A DNA stretch of 44,044 nucleotides, from contig JBMSQQ010000019.1 in the NCBI GenBank assembly GCA_049423385.1, positions 1-44,044 of the forward strand, read 5' to 3'. How positions within the stretch are numbered: position 1 is the first letter of the stretch; each line of letters begins with the position of its first letter. The translations under genes were made by a program, and so were the position numbers. This document shows, one piece after another, positions 1-9,954 of this stretch. Below the pieces are notes generated by a model that saw nothing but the letters and a program-made list of their open reading frames with translations, was not told the DNA's origin and searched no databases. This DNA comes from Silvanigrellaceae bacterium. GTDB taxonomy: Bacteria; Bdellovibrionota_B; Oligoflexia; Silvanigrellales; Silvanigrellaceae.

Positions 1-1619
1 TCGAGAACATAAAGCGCATCCGTCAGTCCATTACCAATCACGCGGGTCAACAAGACTCGCTGATATTCGCCGCCACTCAGTGTTTTGCAGCGACGCGAGA
101 GAGAACTTGAACCCAACCCCAGGCGGATGAGCAAATCGACTTTCCGCTTGAGCTCGTCCCAGATTTCCCTCAGTCCCGACAGACGATGCGAGTACCTCGT
201 CGCGCCCACGATTTCATTCATCCAGGATTGCACGGAACGAATTTCACCATGCATCAAGTCACTGTAACGAACACTCAAACAACGCGCCTGGCGTCCCGCG
301 GGTCCAAGCCTCGTTCCGTCGCACTCCTTGCAGGTGACGTAGCGTCGGTATTTGGCCAACATGATCCGCGACTGTTGCTTGTAGCGTTCAGCTTCCAGTG
401 CAGCAAAAAAATCCTCTATCGAGACAAAACTGCTGCGCTTGCGTGATTTTCCGGAATCGCTGGAATCTGCCGGAAGCCCGGACCAAATTATTTTTCGCTG
501 TTCCGGGGTCAATTTCGACCACGGCTGATTCACGGGAATCGAAAGCGATCTGCAGGCCTTGATCAATTCGTCCTTCATCCAGCCAAAGATCTCCCCGGAC
601 CATGGCTTGATGGCATTTTCCAGCAAACTCAATCGAGGATCGGGAATGATCTTGTTTTCATCAAGAACGGGGACATTTCCCAAACCTCTGCAGGTTCTGC
701 AGCCACCCAGGACACTTTGCCAATCCAGATCACCGTTCTGAATCAATTGAGTGCTGTCATTGCAGCTTGGGCAAAATGGTTGGACACGAAAAATGTGTTC
801 CGCTGCAACCGACTCGGATTCGGGATCATAATCGAGCAATTGCAGATTGGAAAACCTGTTGGAGAAACGGACCTGGCTCCACACGGAATCCGCGCGATTC
901 CTGAGTTCATCTTCCGGAACATCCGAGGAGATTCGATCAAGAACGACCATGACTTCATCGGGACATTTCTCTATTTTTTTCTTGTCATTCCTGATCTCAT
1001 CAATCTCTTCAAGGATCCCGTTACCAACAATTTTGGTCATTCCTTCCAGCGAGAAGCTCTCGAACAGGGCACGACGCTCCTTGCCGGATTCGGGCAAACG
1101 GTAGGGGATGGCCAATATCTTGTAGATGTCTTTTCCGGCAGATTTGCTGAAGTCGGATTTCAACCGATCGATCAATTCCTGAACGGAGTGGGTTTCCGCG
1201 GGTGAACCACAGCGTGCACAACTGTCGTCCATCAAGGTCAGAAATGAAATTCTCAAAGGATCAAAAATATCCGCGCTTGTTCCAATCACCGAGCGAGGGT
1301 CTGTGGATCTGTTGGTCTGTTTGAGAGCCACCGCCGCTGGAATATTCTCAACCGAGTCGAACTCACCCGATGGAAGACCCTGAAGAAATTGACGTTCATA
1401 GGTTCCGAGTGTTTCAAGAAATCTTCGTTGCGATTCGGCAAACAAGGTGTCGAACACAAGCGAACTCTTTCCGCTACCCGAAACTCCCGTCACGGCAATC
1501 CATTTTCCAATTGGAAGATCAATGTTCAGGTTTTTCAGATTGTGTGTTCGGACACCGGCGCAACGAATGGCATCTGCCGGTTTGCCATCATTTGTTTTCG
1601 AGTCATTGAGATTGTGCAT
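1..1619 (-). CDS. uvrA: Excinuclease ABC subunit A (UvrA family), 5' part; runs off the left edge of the window
   Basis: Not in the ORF track (no stop in window). Manual translation from ATG at 1619: MHNLNDSK...GVRTHNLKNLNIDLP...VTGVSGSGKSSLVFDTLFAESQRRFLETLGTYERQFL; CxxC pairs CARC, CPSC, CRTCRGLG, CKECDGTRL; ABC signature TLSGGEYQR and start of Walker B (LYVL) at the edge. Confidence 0.92.
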   Translation of the reverse strand, partial: MHNLNDSKTNDGKPADAIRCAGVRTHNLKNLNIDLPIGKWIAVTGVSGSGKSSLVFDTLFAESQRRFLETLGTYERQFLQGLPSGEFDSVENIPAAVALKQTNRSTDPRSVIGTSADIFDPLRISFLTLMDDSCARCGSPAETHSVQELIDRLKSDFSKSAGKDIYKILAIPYRLPESGKERRALFESFSLEGMTKIVGNGILEEIDEIRNDKKKIEKCPDEVMVVLDRISSDVPEDELRNRADSVWSQVRFSNRFSNLQLLDYDPESESVAAEHIFRVQPFCPSCNDSTQLIQNGDLDWQSVLGGCRTCRGLGNVPVLDENKIIPDPRLSLLENAIKPWSGEIFGWMKDELIKACRSLSIPVNQPWSKLTPEQRKIIWSGLPADSSDSGKSRKRSSFVSIEDFFAALEAERYKQQSRIMLAKYRRYVTCKECDGTRLGPAGRQARCLSVRYSDLMHGEIRSVQSWMNEIVGATRYSHRLSGLREIWDELKRKVDLLIRLGLGSSSLSRRCKTLSGGEYQRVLLTRVIGNGLTDALYVL

Positions 1620-2445
1620 GCTGATTGCCATCCCGTGTTTCAAATCCGGGCGGTGTGTACCCGCGGACATCAAGAAAATGAGTGATCCACGGATCGTTCA
1701 AATTGTGCAACTCCTCCCACGTTCCTTTTGCGACCAACCGGCCTTCGTTGAGGATGGCGACCTGACGTGCAAACGTGAATGCGACCTCAACACTGGACGT
1801 CACACACAACAAACTGCTGCCAATTTCGGCAGCGAGCTTGTGAATCATGTCGATCACTACCGCGGATGTCACCGGGTCGAGGCCCGCTGTGGGTTCATCG
1901 AGCAGAGCGAGGTCGGGTGACGACGAAAGAGCCCGGACAATTCCAACACGACGGCGCATACCGCCCGAAAGTTCACTCGGAAGTTTTCGCGCCGCCGCTG
2001 GCAGGTTCACGCTTGCCAGCATGCGGTGGACACGCTCTTCCATTTCATACGCGGACAGTTCCGTCATGTTTTCCATGGCAAAAAGTATGTTTTCGCGGAC
2101 GGTCATGAAATCGAACAAGGCGCCCAACTGGAATGCCATGCCCACACGCTTGAGCAGCTCATTGCGCTCTTGCCTGCCCAAATCCGCGAGATGTTGCCCG
2201 AACAAGCAAACCGACCCCCGATCTGGGGGAATCAACCCAAGCATCCCTTTCAGCAAAGTGCTTTTTCCGCTGCCGCCCGCACCCAGAATCGAGAGATGCT
2301 CACCGCGACGCATCTTCAAATCGACACCTTTGAGAACATCGTGGCCGTCGAACGCCTTGTGAAAATTAACAACTTCCAGAATAATCTCTTGCTTGTCGAC
2401 GAATTGCGGTTGTAGTCCTCGCCTGGGATTCGCATTTGACGTCAT
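1603..2445 (-). CDS. ABC transporter ATP-binding protein, MlaF/Ttg2A-like
   Basis: Walker A GAGGSGKS, Q-loop AFQLGALFD, signature LSGGMRRR, Walker B/D-loop LLDEPTAGLDP, C-terminal DPWITHFL typical of MlaF; H-loop reads VTSS. Confidence 0.85.
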   Translation of the reverse strand: MTSNANPRRGLQPQFVDKQEIILEVVNFHKAFDGHDVLKGVDLKMRRGEHLSILGAGGSGKSTLLKGMLGLIPPDRGSVCLFGQHLADLGRQERNELLKRVGMAFQLGALFDFMTVRENILFAMENMTELSAYEMEERVHRMLASVNLPAAARKLPSELSGGMRRRVGIVRALSSSPDLALLDEPTAGLDPVTSAVVIDMIHKLAAEIGSSLLCVTSSVEVAFTFARQVAILNEGRLVAKGTWEELHNLNDPWITHFLDVRGYTPPGFETRDGNQHAQSQ

Positions 2446-2583
2446 TTTTGCGTGGTCCTCGGTACACCGGAATCAGGAAGAAGAACTCCGTCGAGTTTGA
2501 CATGTGGTCCCCTGAGGCTCAAGGCAAGCGCCAAGGCAACCGACCCTAGAGTGTCAAACAGCGTTTTTTGCGGGGAGTGGAGA

Positions 2584-3720
2584 GTGAGTGCTTTAAAGGA
2601 ATTGGCAAAACGCCAGCCCAAATTGGCTCCGGTGATCAGCACCCTCGTGTGTGTTGGAATTGGTTGGGAACGGGCAAAATCATTCGCAGAGGCTCAACAG
2701 CCCAGCAAGGAAAACACAGCCACCACAGCCGAAAACACAACCAAAAATCCTGTGCCCCAGCAGCCGAATTCAGCCGAAACGTCTGAGAAGCTTGATTTGC
2801 CGCTACCCCCTCCACCGCAAGCCAGCGACAATGGCGAAGCAAAGGAGCAAGCCAAACGAAAGAAGCAGCTTCTTCATACAATTCCGCTCGAACTACGGGC
2901 TGTCCAAAAGTATGAAAACATCAAAACCAAACAGCAGGCCTGCGGCATGCTCGAAGGCAAAGTCGTCACCTATTATGATTCCTCGGCACTGGTGGTGAAC
3001 TGCGTGCAACGACCCGTCGAAGATCCAGACCTGCTCAATGAACTTGTCTTCAGGCAACGCAAACCCGTTGCAGAAATTCCTGCGCACGTTTATCGGCTGA
3101 TTCCCTTTGGCGAACCATGGCTGGCACAACAATCGCAGAACCTGACCATGTCGAAGGTATGCCGTGAACTGAACGGACGATACATCACTTCAACAGGGAC
3201 CGATTATTACTTCGTTGAAGCATGCAAAAAAAGACCTTTTTCGAGCTATGTCGAGCTGCAGGCCCACAACAAGGGCAACGCTCCCGTGCTGACAGTTCCC
3301 CCCGATCAGGTCGACAAGATTCCAACCGGCTCAAAACTGGAAGGAAACTATGATCGCGAAGTGGGGGCACTTTACAAAATCGTGGGAGATTCGACACTCA
3401 GTCCACTGAGCACTGGCAATACACGCAAGAAGCCGGTGACTTCAGCCGCAGAACTGGAGGAATTGCCTGAGAAGCCTGACCGCACCCGCAATTCCAAGAA
3501 TTTGTGCAAAGAACTGAACCACAAAATCGTCTCGTTTTATTCGCAAATTTTCTACATCACTGGCTGCCAAAAACGGCCTATCAAGGAAATCCCGATCGTT
3601 GTTCAACAACGCTTCGCGGAAAGAGGCGCAAGTATTATCGACGTGTCCTCACAGCAACTGGATTCAATTCCAACCGGAAAAGAACTGAGCGAAGACGAAG
3701 CAATCGAATTCATCAAATAA
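2584..3720 (+). CDS. Hypothetical exported protein with low-complexity linker and three Cys-pair repeats
   Basis: Long ORF 2452..3720; likely GTG start at 2584 after GGGGAG; short hydrophobic N-terminal segment; three repeats CxxL..C..RP..IPxG. Confidence 0.75.
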   Translation: MSALKELAKRQPKLAPVISTLVCVGIGWERAKSFAEAQQPSKENTATTAENTTKNPVPQQPNSAETSEKLDLPLPPPPQASDNGEAKEQAKRKKQLLHTIPLELRAVQKYENIKTKQQACGMLEGKVVTYYDSSALVVNCVQRPVEDPDLLNELVFRQRKPVAEIPAHVYRLIPFGEPWLAQQSQNLTMSKVCRELNGRYITSTGTDYYFVEACKKRPFSSYVELQAHNKGNAPVLTVPPDQVDKIPTGSKLEGNYDREVGALYKIVGDSTLSPLSTGNTRKKPVTSAAELEELPEKPDRTRNSKNLCKELNHKIVSFYSQIFYITGCQKRPIKEIPIVVQQRFAERGASIIDVSSQQLDSIPTGKELSEDEAIEFIK

Positions 3721-3753
3721 GAAAACGAAGAAATCGGCGAATCATCCAGGGAT

Positions 3754-3784
3754 AAAAAAAGGCCGCAGAAGCGACCGTTTTTTT
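3754..3784. terminator. Probable bidirectional intrinsic terminator between convergent genes
   Basis: A7-GGCCGC-AGAA-GCGACC-G-T7; stem pairs fully on the minus-strand RNA with one G-U. Confidence 0.7.
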
Positions 3785-3800
3785 GGCATTTCACACCTGC

Positions 3801-4763
3801 TCAGTGGGTGCCCAAGGAGCCAGGAAGCATTCGCAACACAACAAAATCTCGCGGAGCGTTGGCAGGAACAAATCCGGAAACATAGCTGTCTGCACCATGA
3901 CCCACAGCCAAAATCTGGCTCTTGTCGATGCCAAACTCATAGCGCAGGAAGCGCTCAATACTTTCGGCCCGCTGCAGGGTCTCGTCACGCAAGCGCTGAC
4001 GCGAACCCGCTCTTTGGGCATGAACTTCTATCAATAAACGCCCACGCGCTTGGGCAAAATTGCTGCTGAGCAACTGACGCAAAGAATCGCGTCCGGTTTG
4101 GCTCAACTCCATCTGCATTTGACCATTTCTTGAAGACTGGCTTTCGAAAAGTGAACTTGCGGGAACAGTCACCCGTGGAACGATTTTCTTGACCTCGGAA
4201 ATTTCCTTGCGCCGAACGACCACCAGGTCGCCGACCATGGGGGTCGGATACAAATTGCCCGAGGAAACCAGCTCGTCGGCCACTCCACGATCAACACTGG
4301 GTGCGATGCCTGCCACTGACAACAAGCCTTCCACGGTGCTGCCATTGCGTGCCGAAACCTCTCCTTTTCCTACCGCCACCAAGCGACCCGGCGGCAGACA
4401 GCGGATCAGGTCGAATTCTGCGCCCGTCTGCAGGCGCGCGGGTTCCTCGAATCCATCATCGTCGATTCCTGGATTGGTCAACGACCAGGACACAAGAATC
4501 CGCCCTTCATCATTGCGTTCCACCCTTTGAACCGAAACCGGCTTGTCGGGCAGGGCGCTCAGTGCCTCAACCGGGCAATTGCGGACTGCTGCGAAAGCGA
4601 AATTGACGCCAGGATTCAATAACGACAACATTATCAGCATCTTGAAAGCTGCAACTGGCCAATGCCGCCGACTCGCCGCAGGTCGACTGACTTCAATTCC
4701 ATGCTTGAGTCTCGAGATAAGCATCATTATGGACTCCCCGGGATGTCGCATCCGCCGCTTCAC
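3801..4763 (-). CDS. Exported protein with C-terminal OmpA/MotB-like domain
   Basis: Hydrophobic signal-like segment; C-terminal LLIEVHA...TLQRAESIERFL...GIDKSQILAVGHG resembles OmpA_C; true start uncertain. Confidence 0.65.
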   Translation of the reverse strand: MKRRMRHPGESIMMLISRLKHGIEVSRPAASRRHWPVAAFKMLIMLSLLNPGVNFAFAAVRNCPVEALSALPDKPVSVQRVERNDEGRILVSWSLTNPGIDDDGFEEPARLQTGAEFDLIRCLPPGRLVAVGKGEVSARNGSTVEGLLSVAGIAPSVDRGVADELVSSGNLYPTPMVGDLVVVRRKEISEVKKIVPRVTVPASSLFESQSSRNGQMQMELSQTGRDSLRQLLSSNFAQARGRLLIEVHAQRAGSRQRLRDETLQRAESIERFLRYEFGIDKSQILAVGHGADSYVSGFVPANAPRDFVVLRMLPGSLGTH

Positions 4764-4909
4764 TGTGTTGGCGTTTCGGCGGGCCTCGACGACTTCCCGA
4801 GTGCAAGATTTTCATTATTGAAGAGGGTTTTGACCATTCCTGTGGACAGAAATTCCGTTCCCATGGGCAATTCTGGTCATCCCGAAAGAACGTTGGGAGA
4901 TGAAAAGCA

Positions 4910-5605
4910 ATGAGACAAGCGGGTTTGCTGGTGGAAAGAATGAAGAATGGCGAATCTGCACCCAACAAGCATTTCAATCCGTATCTTCATGAGGCTCTCG
5001 ACTATCAGGGCATTCTTTTCACTGGCGCTGAATGGGCCGACAAGAATGGCGATGTCTTTGCTGCCAGCGAAAAACCAATGCTCATCGAAATTGGCTGCTA
5101 TATGGGCAAAAACGTCCTCGAGTTTGCGGCACACAATCCGGATTGGAATATTCTTGGCATCGACATCACCTACAAGCGCGTCGTCAAGACTGCCCGGAAG
5201 ATTCACACCCTGGGTCTGCCCAACGCGAAAATTCTCATCAGTGACGCACGAGACGCACTCAAAAGCATTCCAGACAATTCCTTGGGTGGCGTTTGTGTTT
5301 TCTTTCCGGATCCCTGGCCAAAAAAGAAGCACCTCAAGAATCGACTGCTCCAGGCGCCCTTTTTGACGTTGCTGGCGGAAAAATTACGCAAAGATGATGG
5401 TTTCTTTTGGTTCAAGACCGACAGCGAAGATTATTTTCTCAGCGTCCAGGCGGCTGCTGCCGAACTCGGTTGGAGCGAATCACAGCCCGATGTTTTGCCA
5501 AACGGCCTCGCCCCACTTCCCTACACAACCGTTTTTGAGGCACTCTTTCAGGGTAAAAATCTCCCGATCCACCGCCGCGTTTTCCTGCCACCCAAAAAGG
5601 CGTGA
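4910..5605 (+). CDS. trmB: tRNA (guanine-N7)-methyltransferase
   Basis: IEIGCYMG SAM motif, GIDI, FFPDPWPKKKH..NRL, FKTD..DY, TVFE. Confidence 0.92.
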   Translation: MRQAGLLVERMKNGESAPNKHFNPYLHEALDYQGILFTGAEWADKNGDVFAASEKPMLIEIGCYMGKNVLEFAAHNPDWNILGIDITYKRVVKTARKIHTLGLPNAKILISDARDALKSIPDNSLGGVCVFFPDPWPKKKHLKNRLLQAPFLTLLAEKLRKDDGFFWFKTDSEDYFLSVQAAAAELGWSESQPDVLPNGLAPLPYTTVFEALFQGKNLPIHRRVFLPPKKA

Positions 5606-5650
5606 GAAACCTGTCGTTGGTCGACTGACATCAAGGCAGGACTGGCGAAC

Positions 5651-6667
5651 GTGACGCAAGAAAACACTTCATCCCTGAGCTCAGCGGCAAATCACCCGCA
5701 GCTCAGCAGCGTGCTCGAAATCGCCGGAGCCCGCAAGGCTGCCATCCGGGCAGCACTTGGAGCCGGCGTGTTGGCGCTCAGCAAATTGATTCTGTTTTTT
5801 TTATCCGGTTCGATGGTCGTCGCATTGTCGGCCTGGGATAGCGCACTGGATGTCTGCGTCAGCGCCATCAATCAAAAAGTGATCCACTTTGCTCGCCAAA
5901 AACCTGATGAAAAACATCCCTATGGTCATGGCAAGGCCGAATCGATGGCGGCACTCGTTCAGGGCGCGCTCATCCTTGGTGGTGCGCTGCTGATCGTCGT
6001 ATCAAGTGGACAAAAAATCTGGGAAGCAATTCAAGGAAAAACAGCACCGATCTCACACCCATGGCCTACCGCAGCCTTCTTTTTGCTATCAGCCACAGTC
6101 AGCATCCTCATCACTCGCGGCCTGAAGAGGGCATCAAAAAAGTACAACAGCCCCGCACTCGAGGCTGATTCGGAACACTACCGCTCCGACGTTGTCGCCA
6201 ACATCGCCAGCGCAATTTCAATTGCACTCATTGCACTGTCCGAGATTCCCTGGCTTGATCCTCTGCTCGCAACCGTCTTTGCTTTCAATATTGGCCATGG
6301 TGGATCAAAATTGATCGCCACGAGTGTTGATGACCTACTCGACCATGACCTGCCGGACAACTTCAAGGAGGAGGTTCTGAAGGTCATTGCAGAAAGCAAC
6401 GAACAAATCATCGACGTTCACAATTTTCGAGGGCGCAGGAGCGGCCACCGCTACTTCATCGACTTTCACATCACGCTCCCATCAAATCTGGACTTTCGCT
6501 CGGTTCACGAAATCACTGAACACGTCGAAGAGGTTATTGAAAAGCGCTTCGATGCCGATGTGGTCGTTCACGCCGACCCGGCGGACAACGCAATGATCCG
6601 CAGCCGAACGGCTCCGGGCATCCACCGAATGCTGCATCCCGTTGAAAAACCGGATTCACAAAATTGA
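5651..6667 (+). CDS. Cation diffusion facilitator family transporter (FieF/YiiP-like)
   Basis: DSALD, PDEKHPYGHGKAES, ADSEHYRSD, C-terminal VHNFRGRRSG..FIDFH..H..VHADP. Confidence 0.92.
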   Translation: MTQENTSSLSSAANHPQLSSVLEIAGARKAAIRAALGAGVLALSKLILFFLSGSMVVALSAWDSALDVCVSAINQKVIHFARQKPDEKHPYGHGKAESMAALVQGALILGGALLIVVSSGQKIWEAIQGKTAPISHPWPTAAFFLLSATVSILITRGLKRASKKYNSPALEADSEHYRSDVVANIASAISIALIALSEIPWLDPLLATVFAFNIGHGGSKLIATSVDDLLDHDLPDNFKEEVLKVIAESNEQIIDVHNFRGRRSGHRYFIDFHITLPSNLDFRSVHEITEHVEEVIEKRFDADVVVHADPADNAMIRSRTAPGIHRMLHPVEKPDSQN

Positions 6668-7863
6668 GCATCCATTACGCCAAACCCCACCCACTGCTGA
6701 ACGCAAAACTCCATGAGGCGGGCATCGAATGGAGCTCAGTCATCAACACTGAAAGTTGGATTCAGCACTGGGGCCTGCAACAAACCGCACCGGAACTTGC
6801 TGTCGATCTGAAGTTCCTCGACGAATGGGTCTCCAGCGGATTGCATGCGGGCATGAACTTTCTTGAAAAAAACAGAGAAGCAAGACGTGATCCGCGGAAG
6901 ATATTTGCGGATGTGAAATCGGTTTTGTCTATCATCGTTCCTTACGCTGGCGGTGCGCAAACAAGAGCAGATCCGCAAAAGGGAGCCAAAACAATTCACG
7001 ACGGCGATCAGCCGTCGTCATCAAAAAACAATTCCATCGCAAACACAACAGCACGCTACGCCCGCGTCCCAGACTATCACAAAGCCATCAAAAAAAATCT
7101 CGATAAGATCCTTTCTGAATGGTCGCAGGAAGCACAACAAATGAGGCTCCTGAAAAGCCCGCCCAACTGGCGCGTTGTCACCGACTCATTGCCGTTTCTC
7201 GACAGGGCTCATGCGCGCCTGGCACGGCTGGGCTTTATCGGAAAAAACACAATGCTGATCAGACCCGGCGTGGGAAGTTATTTTTTCATTTCCCATGTCT
7301 TGCTGGATTGTCCTTTCAACGACAGCGCCGATCCGGATGAAAAAAAACCAATCGCCGCAGACTCAATTGCAGGTCTTTCCTGTGGAGACTGCACTCGCTG
7401 TATCGATGCATGTCCGACCGGAGCCATCATCGAACCACGCAAGGTCGATTCCAATCAATGTCTTTCCTACTTGTCCATCGAACACAGGGATGTCGTTGAA
7501 ACGGAAAAAATTCAGTTCTTTGCAGAACATTTTTATGGTTGCGATGTTTGCCAGGAAGTTTGCCCCTACAATTTCAAAACCAGTGCTTTCAAAACCATCA
7601 AGGCGTTCCAAAAGGAAAACGTTTTCCTGCGACAATTGACCACACTCGACGTCGCGAAAATGAGTCAAACCGAATATGAAAAATGGTTTGGCGGGAGTGC
7701 GATGACCCGTGCCAAGTATGCGGGCCTCGTGCGCAATGCTTTGTACTCTCTTTACGCCAGCCGGGATCCAAATCTTGAAAATGCACTCTCGTTTTGTGCC
7801 TCATCCAGCGACCAGCTCATTCTCAAAACCGTGGAGCAATTGCGGCAAATCAATAAAGGCTAG
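6664..7863 (+). CDS. queG: Epoxyqueuosine reductase
   Basis: ARYARVPDYH, GFIGKNTMLI, CGDCTRCIDACPTGA, CLSYLSIE, YGCDVCQEVCPYN; TTG start overlaps upstream TGA. Confidence 0.93.
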   Translation: MSIHYAKPHPLLNAKLHEAGIEWSSVINTESWIQHWGLQQTAPELAVDLKFLDEWVSSGLHAGMNFLEKNREARRDPRKIFADVKSVLSIIVPYAGGAQTRADPQKGAKTIHDGDQPSSSKNNSIANTTARYARVPDYHKAIKKNLDKILSEWSQEAQQMRLLKSPPNWRVVTDSLPFLDRAHARLARLGFIGKNTMLIRPGVGSYFFISHVLLDCPFNDSADPDEKKPIAADSIAGLSCGDCTRCIDACPTGAIIEPRKVDSNQCLSYLSIEHRDVVETEKIQFFAEHFYGCDVCQEVCPYNFKTSAFKTIKAFQKENVFLRQLTTLDVAKMSQTEYEKWFGGSAMTRAKYAGLVRNALYSLYASRDPNLENALSFCASSSDQLILKTVEQLRQINKG

Positions 7864-8971
7864 ACTTGTTCTTTTCTGCCAAAAACTCGCGCGGCATCCG
7901 ACCCAGGACGATTTCCACCTGCTCGGTCTTTTCTTTGCGGAAGACACGCACATCCAGCTTGCTGCCCGGGATCAGGGAGGCCATGATGATTTGGAAAGTG
8001 GAAACATCCAGCACCCTTTTGCCATTCGCGGCAACCAAAATGTCTCCGGCCATCAATCCAGCTTTTTCTGCCGGTGAACCCTCGATGACGTGCTGCACCT
8101 TGATTCCAAACGATTCAGCACCAGCGCTTTCTGCAGTCATGTTTGTCAGATTCACCCCAATCCAACTCAGCTTCATCATGCCAGCCGGCCTTCGCAAACT
8201 GTCCAGCAAGGGCTTGGCGACGTCGGTCGGAATTGCGAATGAAATGCCGCGGGCATCTGAAAGCAAGGCAGTGTTGATGCCGATCACCTCACCTTTGAAA
8301 TTGAACAAGGGGCCACCGGAATTTCCTGGATTGATCGCCGCGTCGGTTTGCAGAAAGTTGTCATATGGACCTTCCCCGATGGTTCGGCCCTTTGCAGACA
8401 ACAAACCCGAGGTCACCGTGTGACCAAATCCAAAAGGATTGCCGATCGCAAAGACCGCCTCGCCAATACGCGCCTTGCTGCTCGATCCAAATTTCAGCAC
8501 CCTCGCCCTGGGCCAAGAATTGTCAAGCTTGAGGAGCGCAAGGTCTGCTTGCTTGTTGAAACCAACCAGCTTTGCCCGCAGGCCCCACTTTTGGTTTGAT
8601 GGCACAACTTCAATTGAAACTGCATCCTTGACCACGTGAAAATTTGTGACCACAAATGAAGTGTTTTGAAAGAAGAAACCGGAGCCCCGGGATCTGGGCA
8701 ATTCCTGCTTGATGATCTCCTGGGGAGCAACAAAGAGTTTGAAGAACGGATCAAGGGTGTTGCCGGAATTTTTGTCGCTTTGGATTTCACGCGCCGAATC
8801 CTCTCCCTTCGCCGAATGAAGATTGTCGCGGGTACGGATATTGACGACTCCCGGCAAAACCTTTTCGACCACATCTGCAATCGATACGACCTGCAGGCCA
8901 TATGCGGGTAAAGATGCGCAGAGTGACACTCCGAGGACACACAAAATTTTCGGGATTTTGTCCCACGACAT
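7850..8971 (-). CDS. HtrA/DegP-family serine protease with one PDZ domain
   Basis: Signal peptide; triad TNFHVV, DLALL, QTDAAINPGNSGGPL; PDZ SPAEKAGLMAGDIL; ATG 8971 preceded by AAGGGAG. Confidence 0.93.
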   Translation of the reverse strand: MSWDKIPKILCVLGVSLCASLPAYGLQVVSIADVVEKVLPGVVNIRTRDNLHSAKGEDSAREIQSDKNSGNTLDPFFKLFVAPQEIIKQELPRSRGSGFFFQNTSFVVTNFHVVKDAVSIEVVPSNQKWGLRAKLVGFNKQADLALLKLDNSWPRARVLKFGSSSKARIGEAVFAIGNPFGFGHTVTSGLLSAKGRTIGEGPYDNFLQTDAAINPGNSGGPLFNFKGEVIGINTALLSDARGISFAIPTDVAKPLLDSLRRPAGMMKLSWIGVNLTNMTAESAGAESFGIKVQHVIEGSPAEKAGLMAGDILVAANGKRVLDVSTFQIIMASLIPGSKLDVRVFRKEKTEQVEIVLGRMPREFLAEKNKSSLY

Positions 8972-9154
8972 GCCAGTCGCTCCCTTGTTGACGATGCTCT
9001 CGGCGGGCCAAGCCACCTCCTGTCGATGCTAGCAATATTGCTTGAATCCATGATGGCGATCATTGGGAACGATCCGCCAATCACATGACAAACCCGGTGC
9101 GAGTCGCTATGGTCTGTCGTCATGGCAGTCGGCTTGAAAGCTGGGAGGGTTCAA

Positions 9155-9931
9155 ATGCAAAAAATCATTTTGTTTTGCTTTTTTGGGATCATGGCGGGGT
9201 TTGCAACCACGGCCTGCACTTCGACCCCGACTCTCAGACAAGGTGTTCAACCCGAGGCAGTTGCGCTCAACCCGGCAAGAATTGCCGCGTTTCCGATGCT
9301 CTTGATCCCTCATCCGAGCGAGCAGTCATCGCTCGATCCGGGCGCACTCTCTTCGGGTGAAATCATCACCGCCATCGAATCAAAGATTTTGAGTGCCTTC
9401 AAAAACCAGCCCGGCGTCAACGGCATCGGTTTCCAATCGGTGCGCTCCTCACTCAAAACCACGCCCGGATTGTCTGCAAACATCGAGGGTGAAATGCGCT
9501 CGATGGGACAGTTGGCAAACAGCGGCTCGGCAAGGGAGACATTGCTGCTGAGCGGTGAATGCCGTTCACGCAAAAGTTTTCTGGATTTTTACAAGCATTG
9601 TCTTCTCAAGTCGCAGCGCTGGGTGCCACTGCTGAACCAGTTTTCGCTTGTTGTGCAAAATTCGGACTCAATGCTTTTGCCAATCCTGACCTCGCTCGAA
9701 AAATTCACCAACAAGGACACTTATTCGGTGAGGTTTGGCGTCGCACTTCTCTTGGTGGACACCAACAGCGGGCGATTGATCTGGGGGCGCGACTCATCGG
9801 TACTCGTCGAATCCCCTGCAGGGGTGAAGCAGTTTCCGGATCTGAAGACAGCATATGACAAGATTTTCACCGAATCATTTTGGGCAGAATTTCCGGGCCG
9901 GCGGTCCAAGCCTGAAGCAACAAAACAGTAG
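9155..9931 (+). CDS. Putative lipoprotein of unknown function
   Basis: [21 protein letters not shown] lipobox-like signal; [11 protein letters not shown] motif common in outer-membrane lipoproteins; GGGAGG before ATG. Confidence 0.7.
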   Translation: MQKIILFCFFGIMAGFATTACTSTPTLRQGVQPEAVALNPARIAAFPMLLIPHPSEQSSLDPGALSSGEIITAIESKILSAFKNQPGVNGIGFQSVRSSLKTTPGLSANIEGEMRSMGQLANSGSARETLLLSGECRSRKSFLDFYKHCLLKSQRWVPLLNQFSLVVQNSDSMLLPILTSLEKFTNKDTYSVRFGVALLLVDTNSGRLIWGRDSSVLVESPAGVKQFPDLKTAYDKIFTESFWAEFPGRRSKPEATKQ

Positions 9932-9954
9932 AAAAATACCGAACCAGAGGAACA

